The notes beneath the pieces were generated by a model. That model made no database searches. It saw nothing but the letters and a program-made list of their open reading frames with translations, and had not been told where the DNA came from. Shown one piece after another: positions 29,043 to 39,462 of a DNA stretch of 64,000 bases (the stretch's first letter is position 1; each line of letters starts with the position of its first letter). Source of the stretch: an uncultured Kiloniellaceae bacterium (lineage in GTDB: Bacteria > Pseudomonadota > Alphaproteobacteria > Kiloniellales > Kiloniellaceae); contig CANMQP010000004.1 of the NCBI GenBank assembly GCA_947500035.1, forward strand, positions 158,071 to 222,070. The letters are read 5' to 3'. The translations under genes were made by a program, and so were the position numbers.

Positions 29043-29890
29043 GTCGATCACCGCGCTCCGAGCATAGCATCGGCGTCTTTCTTCTCGTGATTTCGGCGAT
29101 CACCTTCAGTACGGCGGGTCTCTTCACCAAGGGCGTCGAGGCCGGGTCGTGGGAGGTGATCTTCTGGCGGGGCCTCTTTGCCGCTGCCTTCACGACCTTC
29201 TGGACAGCAAAGCGGGGAAGCCTGCGGCAGAACTTTCTGGGCATGGGTTACAGCGGATTGGCCATAGCCGTCGTCGGCGCACTGGGAACGGCGGCCTTTA
29301 TCCCGTCCTTCAAACTCACATCCATTGCCAATGTTTCGCTGATCTACGCGGTCTCCCCCTTGATTGCCGCGCTATTCGCGTGGCTTTTCATTGGCGAAAG
29401 AGTCACCGCAAGAACGCTGGCGGGATCTGTCGGCGCGCTTTCGGGCGTGGCCATCATCGTCGCGGGTTCTCTTGGAGAGATCAGCCTCACCGGCGATTTT
29501 CTGGCCTTGTGGATGACCGCCGCCATGGCCGCGATCATGGTCATTTACCGGAAATATCCGGCGACGCCGGGGGCGGGTCCCCAGGTGCTGCAGTCGTTAC
29601 TCTTGCTGCCGTTTGCCGGGATGCTTGGAAACCCGCTCAATGTCGAACGCGCGGAGATCTTTGTTCTTGCGGCCTTCGGACTGCTCTTCGCCATTGCATC
29701 CGTCACCCTGGCGGAAGGCGCCAAACGGATTCCCTCCGGACAGACCGCTCTATTAAGTGCTTTGGAAACCCCACTTGCGCCGGTTTTCGCATTTCTGGTC
29801 TTTACGGAAATTCCAACCGGCGCGACATTTCTCGGCGGTTCGGTCGTACTTTTTGCCGTGCTGTTCTCGATAAGAAACAAGACGCAGTGA
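29039..29890 (+). CDS. EamA/DMT-family transporter
   Basis: Start at MSRSPRSEHS (ATGA overlap with the DUF1127 gene), then 10 TM helices. The upstream in-frame part of the ORF-track entry is Gly-rich noise. Confidence 0.78.
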   Translation: MSRSPRSEHSIGVFLLVISAITFSTAGLFTKGVEAGSWEVIFWRGLFAAAFTTFWTAKRGSLRQNFLGMGYSGLAIAVVGALGTAAFIPSFKLTSIANVSLIYAVSPLIAALFAWLFIGERVTARTLAGSVGALSGVAIIVAGSLGEISLTGDFLALWMTAAMAAIMVIYRKYPATPGAGPQVLQSLLLLPFAGMLGNPLNVERAEIFVLAAFGLLFAIASVTLAEGAKRIPSGQTALLSALETPLAPVFAFLVFTEIPTGATFLGGSVVLFAVLFSIRNKTQ

Positions 29891-30117
29891 TCCAGGGTTT
29901 GTCTTGACCGGGGTGAGGTCTAAATTTTTGCGTCACACCAACAGGCAAGACCCACCTCATTTAGGACCGGGATCATGTTCGATTTTACCGGCCACAGGTC
30001 AGGTCTTGTTTTCTTCATCACCTACGATAGGCCACTGGGAGCAGACTGCGTTGCAATACCGGCCCCGCAGGGGAGCTGACCAAGGTCACCGGTCGCAAAC
30101 AAAGCGATGCGGAAATT

Positions 30118-30522
30118 CTATCCCTGCAACACACACGCGCAGGCGTAAACGACCGTCAAGACGACATAACTCGCAAAACCGAACGCGCTCGCGTAACACA
30201 TAATGTTCACCCGCGAAATTCGCCGCACGAAATCCGCCGGGAACCCCTGTGTCGCCAGTCTTTTTACAGAGCCGAAGCCAGGTCCGACGAAAATGATCAC
30301 GGGCAGGAATATCAGAAGCAGTTTCCAAAGCGGATCATCCACCCAGACCCCAGCCAAAATCGTCGCGACGAGCGGAAGCAAAATCCACCTGGGCCCAGCG
30401 CTCTGTAAAAAACTCGCGCGCTCGTCAGTGCTCAAGGCCCTGACGCCGGCATAGCCATAGAAGAGCGCGGACTGGAACAGAACCAAAGCCACGACAAGAG
30501 TTACGAAGTGTACAGTCGACAT
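30118..30522 (-). CDS. Small integral membrane protein, hypothetical
   Basis: 4 predicted TM helices. Start chosen at MSTVHFVTL. Confidence 0.45.
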   Translation of the reverse strand: MSTVHFVTLVVALVLFQSALFYGYAGVRALSTDERASFLQSAGPRWILLPLVATILAGVWVDDPLWKLLLIFLPVIIFVGPGFGSVKRLATQGFPADFVRRISRVNIMCYASAFGFASYVVLTVVYACACVLQG

Positions 30523-30969
30523 CAAATCACCCACACGCAATGAGTTGCAACATCTCACTCTTCTTCAGTGACAATAAGAATTTGTTAACTGCACAATTTG
30601 ACGGAAATTCATGTCAAAACAGGTTTTAGGAGCGTCGAGCCCGCTCCTGCCTGAAGCCTGTCAAAATACCATCGAGACCATCAAGGAATAGGAGTCCTCA
30701 AGCTAGAGGTTGATTATCCCATCGATCCGCAGGACCGCGCGGCACTGATCGAGACCGTGAAAATCTGGCTGGGCGAGCGAGAGACCGCAGCTGTGCGGTG
30801 ACCGGGATGAGGGGTCGAGGGTCAGGGCCTGGTTGCCATAGCGCAGCGGTGACCGCCTCCGGTGAGATCTTGAAATTTTCCAGCATTTAGAGCACCTTGG
30901 TTTAGAGCACCTTGGGTTGAAAATTCTGTGCCGGGCACCCACGTCTAAGGCCCGCAGGGAGGGCATCGC

Positions 30970-31272
30970 ATGAGCGATCGAGAGCGAGAAAACAACCCGG
31001 TGATCTATTACACGGGAATGGGTCTGGCCGTCGGCATGGCGGTTGGCCTGGTGTTCGGGGCGGCCATCGGCGATACCAGCATCGGCCTGGCCCTGGGCTT
31101 GACCTTCGGCCTGATCATCGGGGCGGGGATCGGGAAATCCAAGAAGCAGCAGCAGGCTGGGGCTGGAACTGGGTTTGGGGCCGGGGTTGGGGCCGGGTCT
31201 GGCACTGGGGCTCAGACTGGCGCTCCGACGGGGGTTCCGGCCGGAAGCCGGACGGATAAGCCGCAGGACTGA
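30970..31272 (+). CDS. Glycine-zipper (2TM-like) small membrane protein
   Basis: GxxxG repeats (GMGLAVGMAVGLVFGAAIGD, GLALGLTFGLIIGAGIG) and a Gly/Ala-rich tail. Confidence 0.5.
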   Translation: MSDRERENNPVIYYTGMGLAVGMAVGLVFGAAIGDTSIGLALGLTFGLIIGAGIGKSKKQQQAGAGTGFGAGVGAGSGTGAQTGAPTGVPAGSRTDKPQD

Positions 31273-31500
31273 ACCGCGCCCCGGCGCTCGGCTTCGTGCC
31301 TCCTCAAGCTAACTTTTGCGCGCCTGAATCACACCACTCCGGCCGTTCTCGCACGCCTCCATTAATAAAAAAACGCCTTTCCGCGAACCTTTTTCCGCGC
31401 CTCTCGTTATAGCGGTTGAGGTGTTGCGGCTGACTTGGGTCACGTCGGAAACGCCTCCGATAGAGTGATCGGAGTCTCAAGCAGAGAAGCAGTGAAGGCG

Positions 31501-32046
31501 ATGAAACGAAAAAAAATTAAGACCAAACCGGCCGGAAGCCCGAAAACCGCGCCCCTCAACGGCGCCGGTGCCAACGGAGCCGGGGCCAATGCCAGCAACG
31601 CCTCGAAGAAGAGCCGGCGTGAGGCCATGCGGCGCTTTGGCGAGTGGGGCCTGCTGGGCGCGGTGATTGCCGGCGGCGGGATCTATGCCATCGGGCATGT
31701 CAGCGCCACAATCGGCGAGCTGGATCTCTCGAAGCTCGGCAACGGCAGGCCGACCATCGTTCAGATCCATGACCCCAATTGCCCGCGCTGCGTGGAGCTG
31801 CAGGGCGAGACCCGGGATGCGCTGGCGGAATTCGACGGCGAGCTGCAGTACCTGGTCGCGAACATCCGCAGCGAAAAGGGCCGCGACTTCGCCCAGGAAC
31901 ACGGCGTGGGCCACGTCACGCTGATCCTCTTCGACGGCAAGGGACGCAAGCGCGACGTCCTGGTCGGCAACAATTCCAGCGCGACCCTGACCCGCGAATT
32001 CCGCCGCCTGCTGCGCTCGAGCAACGCGGCTAAGGCGTCCGGGTAG
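31501..32046 (+). CDS. Thioredoxin-fold protein (membrane-anchored, CPRC motif)
   Basis: IHDPNCPRCVELQ resembles a Cxx C active site, and a TM segment lies upstream. The ATG at 31501 follows a gaagg RBS. Confidence 0.55.
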   Translation: MKRKKIKTKPAGSPKTAPLNGAGANGAGANASNASKKSRREAMRRFGEWGLLGAVIAGGGIYAIGHVSATIGELDLSKLGNGRPTIVQIHDPNCPRCVELQGETRDALAEFDGELQYLVANIRSEKGRDFAQEHGVGHVTLILFDGKGRKRDVLVGNNSSATLTREFRRLLRSSNAAKASG

Positions 32047-32068
32047 CGCAGCGGCGGAGACGCCGACG

Positions 32069-33274
32069 TCAGCGAAGCGTTACAGATTGCGGGGCATCCT
32101 GCGCTTTTTGCATCAGCGCTAAAATCGCGCCGAGCGCCAGACAACTCGCGGACAGAGCAAATCCGCTGGTGAAGGAGTCCGACCGGTCGGCCAAGACGCC
32201 GGCGATCATCGGACCGATGGTCTGGCCAATGGAAAACAGCAGCGTGAACAGAGCTATCCCGCTGGCCCAGTCATGGGCCGGCAGGGCGCATCTGGCGATA
32301 TTGGTCACCGCTGTGACCACGGTCAGAAACGCGCCGCCGAACAACAGGCCAGAGATCAGCACGGCGGGAAGGGACGTGGAAAACAAGGGCAGCGCCGTCC
32401 CCAATGCCACCACCGCCAGGACGCTCGCCAGCGCATAACCCGCTGCCCTGGCTTTATCGAGCAAGCCTTGCCACACGAAGGCCGACGCAAAAACACTGCC
32501 CCCGAGCAGCAGCCAGAACGCAGTGATGGCCCAGGTCGACACCGCCCCCGAGCGCAGATAGGCGATGATAAAGGTCATGTAGCTGATGTAACCCAGGCCG
32601 AACAAAAAGTAGGCGGCGAGTGCGGGCAAGAGCTGCGCCGGGAAGCGCCAGGGTGCGGCTTTTGCAGCGTGATGGCTGCCGGTGGGCACCTTGAGCGCGA
32701 CAGGACGCGCCAGATAAACCGCGATGAAGGTGAGGAGGCCCATCGCCAGCCAGGGATAGGGCCAGAGCCCGGCGTCGTATTCCATCGCCTGCGGCAAGCC
32801 AAGGCCAGCCAGAAAAATGCCGGTGCCGACACCGCCGAAATAAAGCCCGAGCACCAGGCCGCCATGCCCGTCCCTGGCCAAATGGGACGCCAGAGTCGCG
32901 CCCGATATGAAGGTGAAGGCACAGGTGACGCCGGTGAGCAGGCGAATGATCAGCAAGGCGGTGAAATTTTCGGTCAGGCCGGTGGCGCACAAACCGGCGC
33001 CGGTCAAGAGCAGGGAGATCCAGAAACACTGCCCGATCCCCATGCGCGCCGCCATCCGCGCCGTACTCAAGGTACCGATCAGATAGCCCAGTGCGTTGGC
33101 GGTATTGAGGCTTCCCGCCTCGGCATAGCTCCATTCCAAGGTCGTGCGCATGGCAGGCAGCAGCAGGGCGTAACTGAAGCGCGAAAAGCCCAGGGCAACG
33201 GCGGCGCCGAGAGAAAGGATCAGCGCCTGAAATATCAGTTCGCGTGACGGGGATGCGGAAACCGGTTGCTTCAT
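32069..33274 (-). CDS. MFS transporter (YbfB/YjiJ, DUF1228-like)
   Basis: 12 TM helices. Start at MKQPVSASP. Confidence 0.75.
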   Translation of the reverse strand: MKQPVSASPSRELIFQALILSLGAAVALGFSRFSYALLLPAMRTTLEWSYAEAGSLNTANALGYLIGTLSTARMAARMGIGQCFWISLLLTGAGLCATGLTENFTALLIIRLLTGVTCAFTFISGATLASHLARDGHGGLVLGLYFGGVGTGIFLAGLGLPQAMEYDAGLWPYPWLAMGLLTFIAVYLARPVALKVPTGSHHAAKAAPWRFPAQLLPALAAYFLFGLGYISYMTFIIAYLRSGAVSTWAITAFWLLLGGSVFASAFVWQGLLDKARAAGYALASVLAVVALGTALPLFSTSLPAVLISGLLFGGAFLTVVTAVTNIARCALPAHDWASGIALFTLLFSIGQTIGPMIAGVLADRSDSFTSGFALSASCLALGAILALMQKAQDAPQSVTLR

Positions 33275-33888
33275 GATCTGTAGTCTATTGACCCAAACGG
33301 GCGCAGGAAACAATCCCTACGTTCGGCAAACGCGGTTTGCTTCCCCCGCTGCTGCTGTTCTTGCCCCGGGCAATCAACCGCACCGCTTCCCCCTCCCCCA
33401 CGCAAGATTCCTCAAGCCGCGCGCGCCCAAACTTTCACAATCGGTCTTTTCGCACCGCTCACCCAATTCAGAGTTGATTTCGGAATCGCTTCCGGATTAT
33501 ACCCTGCCTCCCGGTCGCAATAACGCGGTCGGTCACAGTGTTTTGCCAATCGCAAAACGCATCCAACGCGCAAGAGAAAGCCCGCAAATGATACGGGAAT
33601 TATCTATTTGCCCAGCGAACTGGGCCACAACAACCGGGGTCTAGACCCGCGTTCCGCGCGTGTCCTGTCCCGGCTTGAACAAAGCAACGGAGGCAGGACC
33701 ATGATGAAACATTTACAGACATAAAAGACCTATCCCTCGCGAGAGGATCAGGAGCCTTCATTCGTTTGGTACTTTTTACCGGCAAACGCCGGTAACAAAC
33801 CGCTCTATGGTTCGGGTTCAAAAGCCCGGCCGGCGCGCTCGGTGTTGGTAATATGCTGTGCGTGTATCGAGCATTAAGTACTTGGTTG

Positions 33889-33964
33889 GCCAGACTAGCT
33901 CAGATGGTGAGAGCGCCGGACATTAATCCGGAGGTCGCGGGTTCGATTCCCGTGTTTGGCACCA
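33889..33964 (+). tRNA. tRNA gene with an atypical 6-nt anticodon loop (cattaa); isotype unresolved
   Basis: The acceptor stem (gccagac / gtttggc), D arm (gctc-agatggtga-gagc), T arm (gcggg-ttcgatt-cccgt) and CCA end are all well formed. The anticodon stem ccgga / tccgg encloses only 6 nt. Confidence 0.6.
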
Positions 33965-34035
33965 CGATGTAGCTCATTTGGTAGAGCACTAGACTGTGAA
34001 TCTAGGGGTAAAGGGTTCAACTCCCTTCATCACTC
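33963..34035 (+). tRNA. tRNA-His (GTG)-like, possibly 5'-degenerate or a pseudogene
   Basis: The D arm, the anticodon arm (ctaga-ctGTGaa-tctag) and the T arm (aaggg-ttcaact-ccctt) are good. Only 4 of 7 acceptor pairs form, and the 5' three nucleotides overlap the CCA of the upstream tRNA. Confidence 0.5.
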
Positions 34036-34463
34036 TCAGCCTTAAAAGCTGATCTGAAACGAAGGATACCGGAAGAGCGCCAGGCCGGCCCGGCCGGTTG
34101 CGGGTGGCATTGCCATTCCTTGCCGCCCCGGGTGCGGGCCAGGTGGCGGGTTGCTTCGTGCGGCCTCTCCACGCTCCCCGACGTCCCCCGAAAGGAACTT
34201 CGGCACGCCGAATCGCCGCAGCGGATTTGTCTTACGAGACGGGTCCGGACGGCGGACAGCACCCCGGAGTTCCGCCCGGATGACTGAGGGGGAGTGCCGG
34301 GGCCGTCCAGAGCCCAAAGCCGGGGCTCTTCCGGTCATCCTGACTCAGCCTGACTTTAAACAGGCCTCGAAAATTATTTTTAGGAACTTTCTTCGGTTCC
34401 GGTCCCTCGCGGGGAACGCAAAAGAAAAAGACGAAAGAAAGAAGAAAAGAAAGGACAAGTTCG

Positions 34464-35585
34464 ATGGTTTACAAGACCGAGAAAATTGCTGACTTCGAGC
34501 TCGGTCTCCTGTTTCGGGACCGGGCGTTCCAGCAGGTACTGGAGCCGGGCGTGCACCGCTTTGTGCGGGGCCGGGGCAAGCTTGAAGTGATCAAGCTGGA
34601 CCTGCGGGCCATGCCGGTGAAGGAGCCCGCTCTGGCGGCGCTCTACCTGACCCACCGGGCGGTGGTCGAGGACCGCTTCGCGGTTGCCGACATGGGCGAC
34701 GGCGAGATGGGCCTGGTCTATGCCGACGGTAAGCTGACGGGGCTCGTCGCGCCGCGCAGCGTGGCCTTCTACGCCAAGGCGCTGCGGGACATGACCATCG
34801 ACGTCCTGGACGCGGCCAACGACATCGAGCTGCCCGAGCGGCTGGTCGCACCCCTGGTGCGGCTGGGAGCAAAGGAGCTGGTGGCGGTGGCCGAGGTGGT
34901 CTCCGACCATGTCGGACTGCTCTACGTCGACGGCGTGCTGACGAAGCAGCTCACGCCGGGCCGTTACGCCTTCGTGAAGGCGCTGCGGCGCATCGATGTC
35001 GTGACCTTCGATCTGCGGCTGCAGAGCCTGGAGGTCACCGGTCAGGAGGTGCTGACCAAGGACCGGATCGGCCTGCGGGCCAACGTGACGGCTGTCTACC
35101 GGGTCGCTGACCCGGTCAAGGCCGTGGCGCTGACCGCGGACCTGAAGGACTTCCTGTACAAGGAGCTTCAGTTCGCTCTGCGGCAGGTGATCGGCACCCG
35201 GACGCTGGAAGAGGTGCTCGGCGATAAGCTGGGCATCAACGCGGCGGTGGCGGAACTTCTGCTGCCGAAGCTCGGCGACGCGGGCCTTGAGGTCCCCTCC
35301 GTCGGTGTGAAGGACATCATCCTGCCCGGAGACGTGCGGGAGCTGATGAACCGGGTCATCGAGGCGGAGAAGACCGCACAGGCCAACGTCATCAAGCGGC
35401 GCGAGGAAACCGCGGCAACGCGGTCGCTTCTGAACACCGCAAAGCTGATGGAGGACAACCCCATCCTGCTGCGGCTGAAGGAACTCGAGGCGCTTGAGAA
35501 GGTGTCCGAGAAGGTCGGCAACGTCATCGTCGGAAACGGCATGGATGGCGTGCTGGACGACCTGGTGCGGATCCGGCCGCGCTAG
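34464..35585 (+). CDS. SPFH / band-7 domain protein
   Basis: 373 aa with band-7-like repeats and a C-terminal coiled coil (EAEKTAQANVIKRREETAA). The assignment is by overall pattern only. Confidence 0.55.
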   Translation: MVYKTEKIADFELGLLFRDRAFQQVLEPGVHRFVRGRGKLEVIKLDLRAMPVKEPALAALYLTHRAVVEDRFAVADMGDGEMGLVYADGKLTGLVAPRSVAFYAKALRDMTIDVLDAANDIELPERLVAPLVRLGAKELVAVAEVVSDHVGLLYVDGVLTKQLTPGRYAFVKALRRIDVVTFDLRLQSLEVTGQEVLTKDRIGLRANVTAVYRVADPVKAVALTADLKDFLYKELQFALRQVIGTRTLEEVLGDKLGINAAVAELLLPKLGDAGLEVPSVGVKDIILPGDVRELMNRVIEAEKTAQANVIKRREETAATRSLLNTAKLMEDNPILLRLKELEALEKVSEKVGNVIVGNGMDGVLDDLVRIRPR

Positions 35586-35714
35586 TATCCCGAATCTGAA
35601 ATTCATTTCATTGAATTTCAGATTCAACGGGACACTAGCTCATAGAATCTAGTGTGATTCAGTCTCTTAAATTCGCCGCATATTATGCGGCGAACTTCAG
35701 AAACATCACACTAG
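35582..35714 (+). repeat. 133-bp structured repeat element, copy A (nested hairpins, CTAG termini)
   Basis: About 90% identical to the reverse complement of 57254-57386. It contains a 14-bp-stem hairpin (gaatctgaaattca..tgaatttcagattc) and an 11-bp-stem hairpin (ttcgccgcata t tatgcggcgaa). The first CTAG supplies the TAG stop of the SPFH gene. Confidence 0.8.
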
Positions 35715-35992
35715 AGCCTGATCGTCTTTCGCTGCTTCAGTGAAAGACGTGAATCAGCCTCTTGACTGAGAGCTAGTCTCTTGCCTGTGCCGGTGACCCT
35801 GCGCGCTCTCATGGCTCCGGGTCAGGCAGACCCGGCTCCGGAGAAGGCAAACCAGGGAGTCCGGATGGCCGGAGGGGCCGGGGGCGGAAAAGCTCCCGGC
35901 CCCGATGGCCATGCCATTGTAGGGACATAATTACGACTAAGATAAGAATGAACTGCGGCAGGTAGCGGCCGCACGCAGGCTGGAATTGATCG

Positions 35993-36541
35993 ATGAAGGA
36001 CACACGGGATCTGATCACTTACCTGGGCACGGGCAACCGGGTGAAGTACGTCTACTTCTGGGGCCACAGGAAAACGGAAGGCCTGGTCACCAAGACCTGT
36101 TTCAGCCAATGGTACGACGCGCCCTTCACCCATGACGGCGATCTTTATATGACGGTCGAGCACTTCATGATGGCCGCGAAGGCGCGGCTTTTCGGAGATG
36201 CAGCCAAAGCAGCCGAGATTCTGGCGGCGGAGAACCCCGGCAAAGCCAAGGCGCTGGGGCGGCAGGTGCGTGACTTCGAGCAATCCCTCTGGGACGAAAG
36301 GAAGTTCGAGATCGTAGTGCGCGGCAATATCGAGAAGTTCGGTCAGAACGCCGAGCTACGGGAATTTCTGCTCAAGACCGGCGCCCGCGTTCTGGTCGAG
36401 GCCAGCCCGCTGGACCAGGTCTGGGGCGTCGGTCTGGCCGCGGATGATCCCTTGATCGAAGATCCGCGCAACTGGCAGGGCGAAAACCTGCTGGGCTTCG
36501 CCCTGATGGAAACGCGCCGGCGGCTGAAAAGCACGATGTGA
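35993..36541 (+). CDS. NADAR-domain protein (DUF1768, YbiA-like)
   Basis: FYFWGHRKTEGLVTKTCFSQWYDAPFTHDGDLYMTVEHFMMAAKARLFGD matches the NADAR core. Confidence 0.72.
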   Translation: MKDTRDLITYLGTGNRVKYVYFWGHRKTEGLVTKTCFSQWYDAPFTHDGDLYMTVEHFMMAAKARLFGDAAKAAEILAAENPGKAKALGRQVRDFEQSLWDERKFEIVVRGNIEKFGQNAELREFLLKTGARVLVEASPLDQVWGVGLAADDPLIEDPRNWQGENLLGFALMETRRRLKSTM

Positions 36542-36654
36542 CACCGGGGATAAAGCTGTTCCCGGAACCGGGAATCCGGCTTCGGAAAGAGACCTGCGTG
36601 GGCACGATCATGGCAGGAGCCGGAGGTGGCACAAGACCTAACGCCGGCCCCGGC

Positions 36655-38007
36655 TCATTGCGCCGTAGAGTTGCTCCAACTCAAACTGCCGTCCTGACGA
36701 TAGAAAGCCTCCGTGAGGGAGCCGCCGCTCCCAAGCGTCAAGGTCGCGAAACCGTTGGCAACGAAGTAGTTCGAACCGGGCCCCTCGACCGTCTTTTCAT
36801 ACCACTCGACATGAGGTGAGTTTAGATTGGTCGCCACGCCCCAGGGAATGCAGCTGTGTCCGCAACATCTGCCATTGAGGAAAACAGGCGTTTTGTCTTT
36901 ATAAGTCTTGTAAACGGCGCCGATATGCACATGCCCCCAATACCAGGTCACGCACCCGTTGTAAGGCGCGATCTGCTGCATGACCTGCTTGCCGAAGACC
37001 GATCTCTTCGATCCGTCAAACGTCAATCCCGTGTGGTGGGAGAGGATGATCAACTCCGTTCCCATGTGCTGCGTCAGGCGGGCCTGGTCGCTCAAGAACT
37101 GGGCCTGCGTTCCCGGCCCGGTCGGCCCGATGTCCCCGACCATGAATCCGTCGGGCCACCCGCTCTGCTCCTTATCGTAGTAGGCGGAGTCCAGCCCCAC
37201 GATACGGTAGGAATCGTTGTAAAGCGCGAAATAGCTGCAGCCGGCCTGAGCTTGAAACAGAGGTGACGTCAAGGCGGTATTGAAATACCCGGTTCCATGG
37301 GCATACATGTCATGGTTGGAGTTGAGGGCGAAGGACCTTCCGGCCGGGCCCGGCCAGGGCTTTAAGAAGTTTTCCCTCTGGTAATCCCGTTCGATCTCGC
37401 CCTTCTGGTCGGTCCCAGCGTAGTAGACATCCCCCAGATGGATGACCAGATCCTCACTCCCCGGCGTGACCTGCCGTGCGCAATCCTGCGCCGCCGCATT
37501 GTCACCACCCCAATCGCCCAGCAGGTAGATTTTGACGTCGTTCGGGATTTCAATGGTCTTGGGCTGGTTATTGAAAGGGGGCGTCGGTCCGGTCTCGTCC
37601 CAGGCGAAGGGACAGTAGATCCACCTGGGGTCAGTCTCGTCGTAGTCCACGTGCCCGAAGTACACCAGGCCGTCACCGTCGACATAGGTCGGAGAACTCC
37701 CGGCATCTCGCAGCAGATTATCCGAATCGCCGTGGAGGAGACTGTAGGCGAGCAACATCTCCCGCTCCCGCTTCAGTTTCGGTTCCGCTGCCGGTCTATT
37801 GCCGTCGCGGATAGTGAGCAGATAGGCGTGACCTTCCCGAATGAGAGGCTCAAGCCTGTTCCTCTCCGCCGCCGGCAATTTGTTCCATTGGTCTTTGAAA
37901 TGCGCGCTCAGTCTCTCCAGATCAGACACTGTCATCTCCTTCATCGGACCATCGCTATAAATGAGAGTATGATATGGAATTATTGCACGTTTAAGTGGTT
38001 TTTGCAA
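36655..38007 (-). CDS. Calcineurin-like metallophosphoesterase
   Basis: GDWGGD ... HLGDVYY ... GHVH motifs. The true start may be the internal MKEMTVS at 37944. Confidence 0.72.
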   Translation of the reverse strand: MQKPLKRAIIPYHTLIYSDGPMKEMTVSDLERLSAHFKDQWNKLPAAERNRLEPLIREGHAYLLTIRDGNRPAAEPKLKREREMLLAYSLLHGDSDNLLRDAGSSPTYVDGDGLVYFGHVDYDETDPRWIYCPFAWDETGPTPPFNNQPKTIEIPNDVKIYLLGDWGGDNAAAQDCARQVTPGSEDLVIHLGDVYYAGTDQKGEIERDYQRENFLKPWPGPAGRSFALNSNHDMYAHGTGYFNTALTSPLFQAQAGCSYFALYNDSYRIVGLDSAYYDKEQSGWPDGFMVGDIGPTGPGTQAQFLSDQARLTQHMGTELIILSHHTGLTFDGSKRSVFGKQVMQQIAPYNGCVTWYWGHVHIGAVYKTYKDKTPVFLNGRCCGHSCIPWGVATNLNSPHVEWYEKTVEGPGSNYFVANGFATLTLGSGGSLTEAFYRQDGSLSWSNSTAQ

Positions 38008-38130
38008 TGCACCTGCCAGTAACTCCCGGAAGGCTGTGGTGATCGCGGACTCGCCCTTCGGTCAGGCACGCATAAACGCTGGCGCAATCTCAGGCGGACA
38101 GAAAGGCCACCCAGGGTCCTGCGCGGCGCG

Positions 38131-38406
38131 TTACCCGCAGTAAACCCGCGTGATTGTGCCTTGCCCATCAAGCTCGAAGTTGATCCGGTCCTCGGCATAG
38201 TCCTGTGTCACCAGATCGCCGGGCTGAATGATACGGCTGTTCAGTGACGCGGGCAGGGTCACGGCGGCCAGCGAGGTTCCGATCAGAGACTGATAGCCCT
38301 CCGCGCCGCAGGCGTCTTTTGCTTCTGTCGCCGTGCAGCCGGACAGGGCAGTCACAGCGAGGAGAGTAACGGCGGTGGGCAGCGATCGCTTCGTCAAGAA
38401 CTTCAT
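38131..38406 (-). CDS. Lipoprotein of the peptidase-inhibitor I78 family
   Basis: Lipobox LSGC, then IQPGDLVTQDYAEDRINFELDGQGTITRVYCG, the typical I78 C-terminal motif. A strong aagga RBS precedes the ATG at 38406. Confidence 0.62.
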   Translation of the reverse strand: MKFLTKRSLPTAVTLLAVTALSGCTATEAKDACGAEGYQSLIGTSLAAVTLPASLNSRIIQPGDLVTQDYAEDRINFELDGQGTITRVYCG

Positions 38407-38487
38407 GCCGGGTGTTTCCTTTTTTACTTGAATTGCGTTTCGGCCAAACAGGAGGCACGTAACTCGAAAGCCCAAAACCTCGGCCCA

Positions 38488-39462
38488 TCATTCGATCTCC
38501 TCAAGGTCGAGCCTGTACCAGTCCTTCCTGGTAAAGAGGTGCAGCGACGAACCGCGGCCGATCAGGGTTGCCTGCTTGGGGATCTTGCCAGCGGGCAAGA
38601 GTAAGCGGCCTTTCCGGGACTTCGCGCTTTCGTTTCCTTGGAGCGACAGCAGGTAGATGCGATCGGGCGGGTCGTTGTATTGCCCGGAGAAGAGGACTCT
38701 ATCCGGCGAGATTGCAAAGGCGTGCGCGCCTCTGATATCCGTCTTTCGGTAGAGGGTCGTAAAGTCACCCGAAACCTGTCCCAGATCAAAGTCCGAGTAG
38801 AAATAGAAGTGGGTCGCGTCCCGGGTCACGTTCAGGGCATAGCAGTCGTCGATAAATTGCTGCTCCTGATCGTGCCGCCAGACGATGTCGCCACGCCGGT
38901 CGAAACAGTTGAGACCAGAGGCGCCGACAGGCGCAGCCGTGCGCTCCCCATTCGGATCAAGATTTCCCCAGCCAAAATTACCGTAGACTCCCTCGTCGAA
39001 GTAGGAGATCCAGATGCGGTCGTTTCCGTCCACGCCAATATCCTGAATGCCGTCGCCGGCGAGGAAGCGTATTTCCTGTCCGCTCGCCTTATCGAAAATC
39101 ATGCCGTTTACATCGTAGTCGTTCTCCGATCGCCACTCACAACGGCTGCCCACAATGACGGCGGATCCGTCCGCAAAAACATCGACCATGGGGAAGGCAA
39201 ACTCAAAGGGCGGGAAGTCGATTTCGCGCGCCTGTTCGCCATCCGTCGTGACGAGTTTGTAGTGAAACGCAGCCCCCATGTCAGGCACCGGAAACACCGC
39301 GAAGCCAGGGTCTTCCCGTTGCCGGTGCACCAGGCTTTCCGCCTTCTCCTCGACATAGAGAAGCTGTGCCGCGCCCTGAAGCGAGACGGAGACCGAAACG
39401 AATTTGAATCCTCTCGGCGGCGGCGGGATTTTGGCCACATGCTGTAGTGCGATCTCTTTCAT
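38488..39462 (-). CDS. Hypothetical protein (beta-rich), downstream of cutA
   Basis: 324-aa ORF. Its start overlaps the cutA stop by 4 nt. No known motifs. Confidence 0.5.
   Translation of the reverse strand: MKEIALQHVAKIPPPPRGFKFVSVSVSLQGAAQLLYVEEKAESLVHRQREDPGFAVFPVPDMGAAFHYKLVTTDGEQAREIDFPPFEFAFPMVDVFADGSAVIVGSRCEWRSENDYDVNGMIFDKASGQEIRFLAGDGIQDIGVDGNDRIWISYFDEGVYGNFGWGNLDPNGERTAAPVGASGLNCFDRRGDIVWRHDQEQQFIDDCYALNVTRDATHFYFYSDFDLGQVSGDFTTLYRKTDIRGAHAFAISPDRVLFSGQYNDPPDRIYLLSLQGNESAKSRKGRLLLPAGKIPKQATLIGRGSSLHLFTRKDWYRLDLEEIE

Noticed and set aside
32273-33247. 324-aa plus-strand ORF rich in Arg/Gly/Gln
   Set aside because: Antisense to the MFS transporter. Low-complexity translation.
34380-35627. 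415-aa minus-strand ORF beginning MNLKFNEMNFRF
   Set aside because: Antisense to the SPFH gene. Its start lies inside the 133-bp repeat element. The same artefactual N-terminus appears at 57341 for the other repeat copy.
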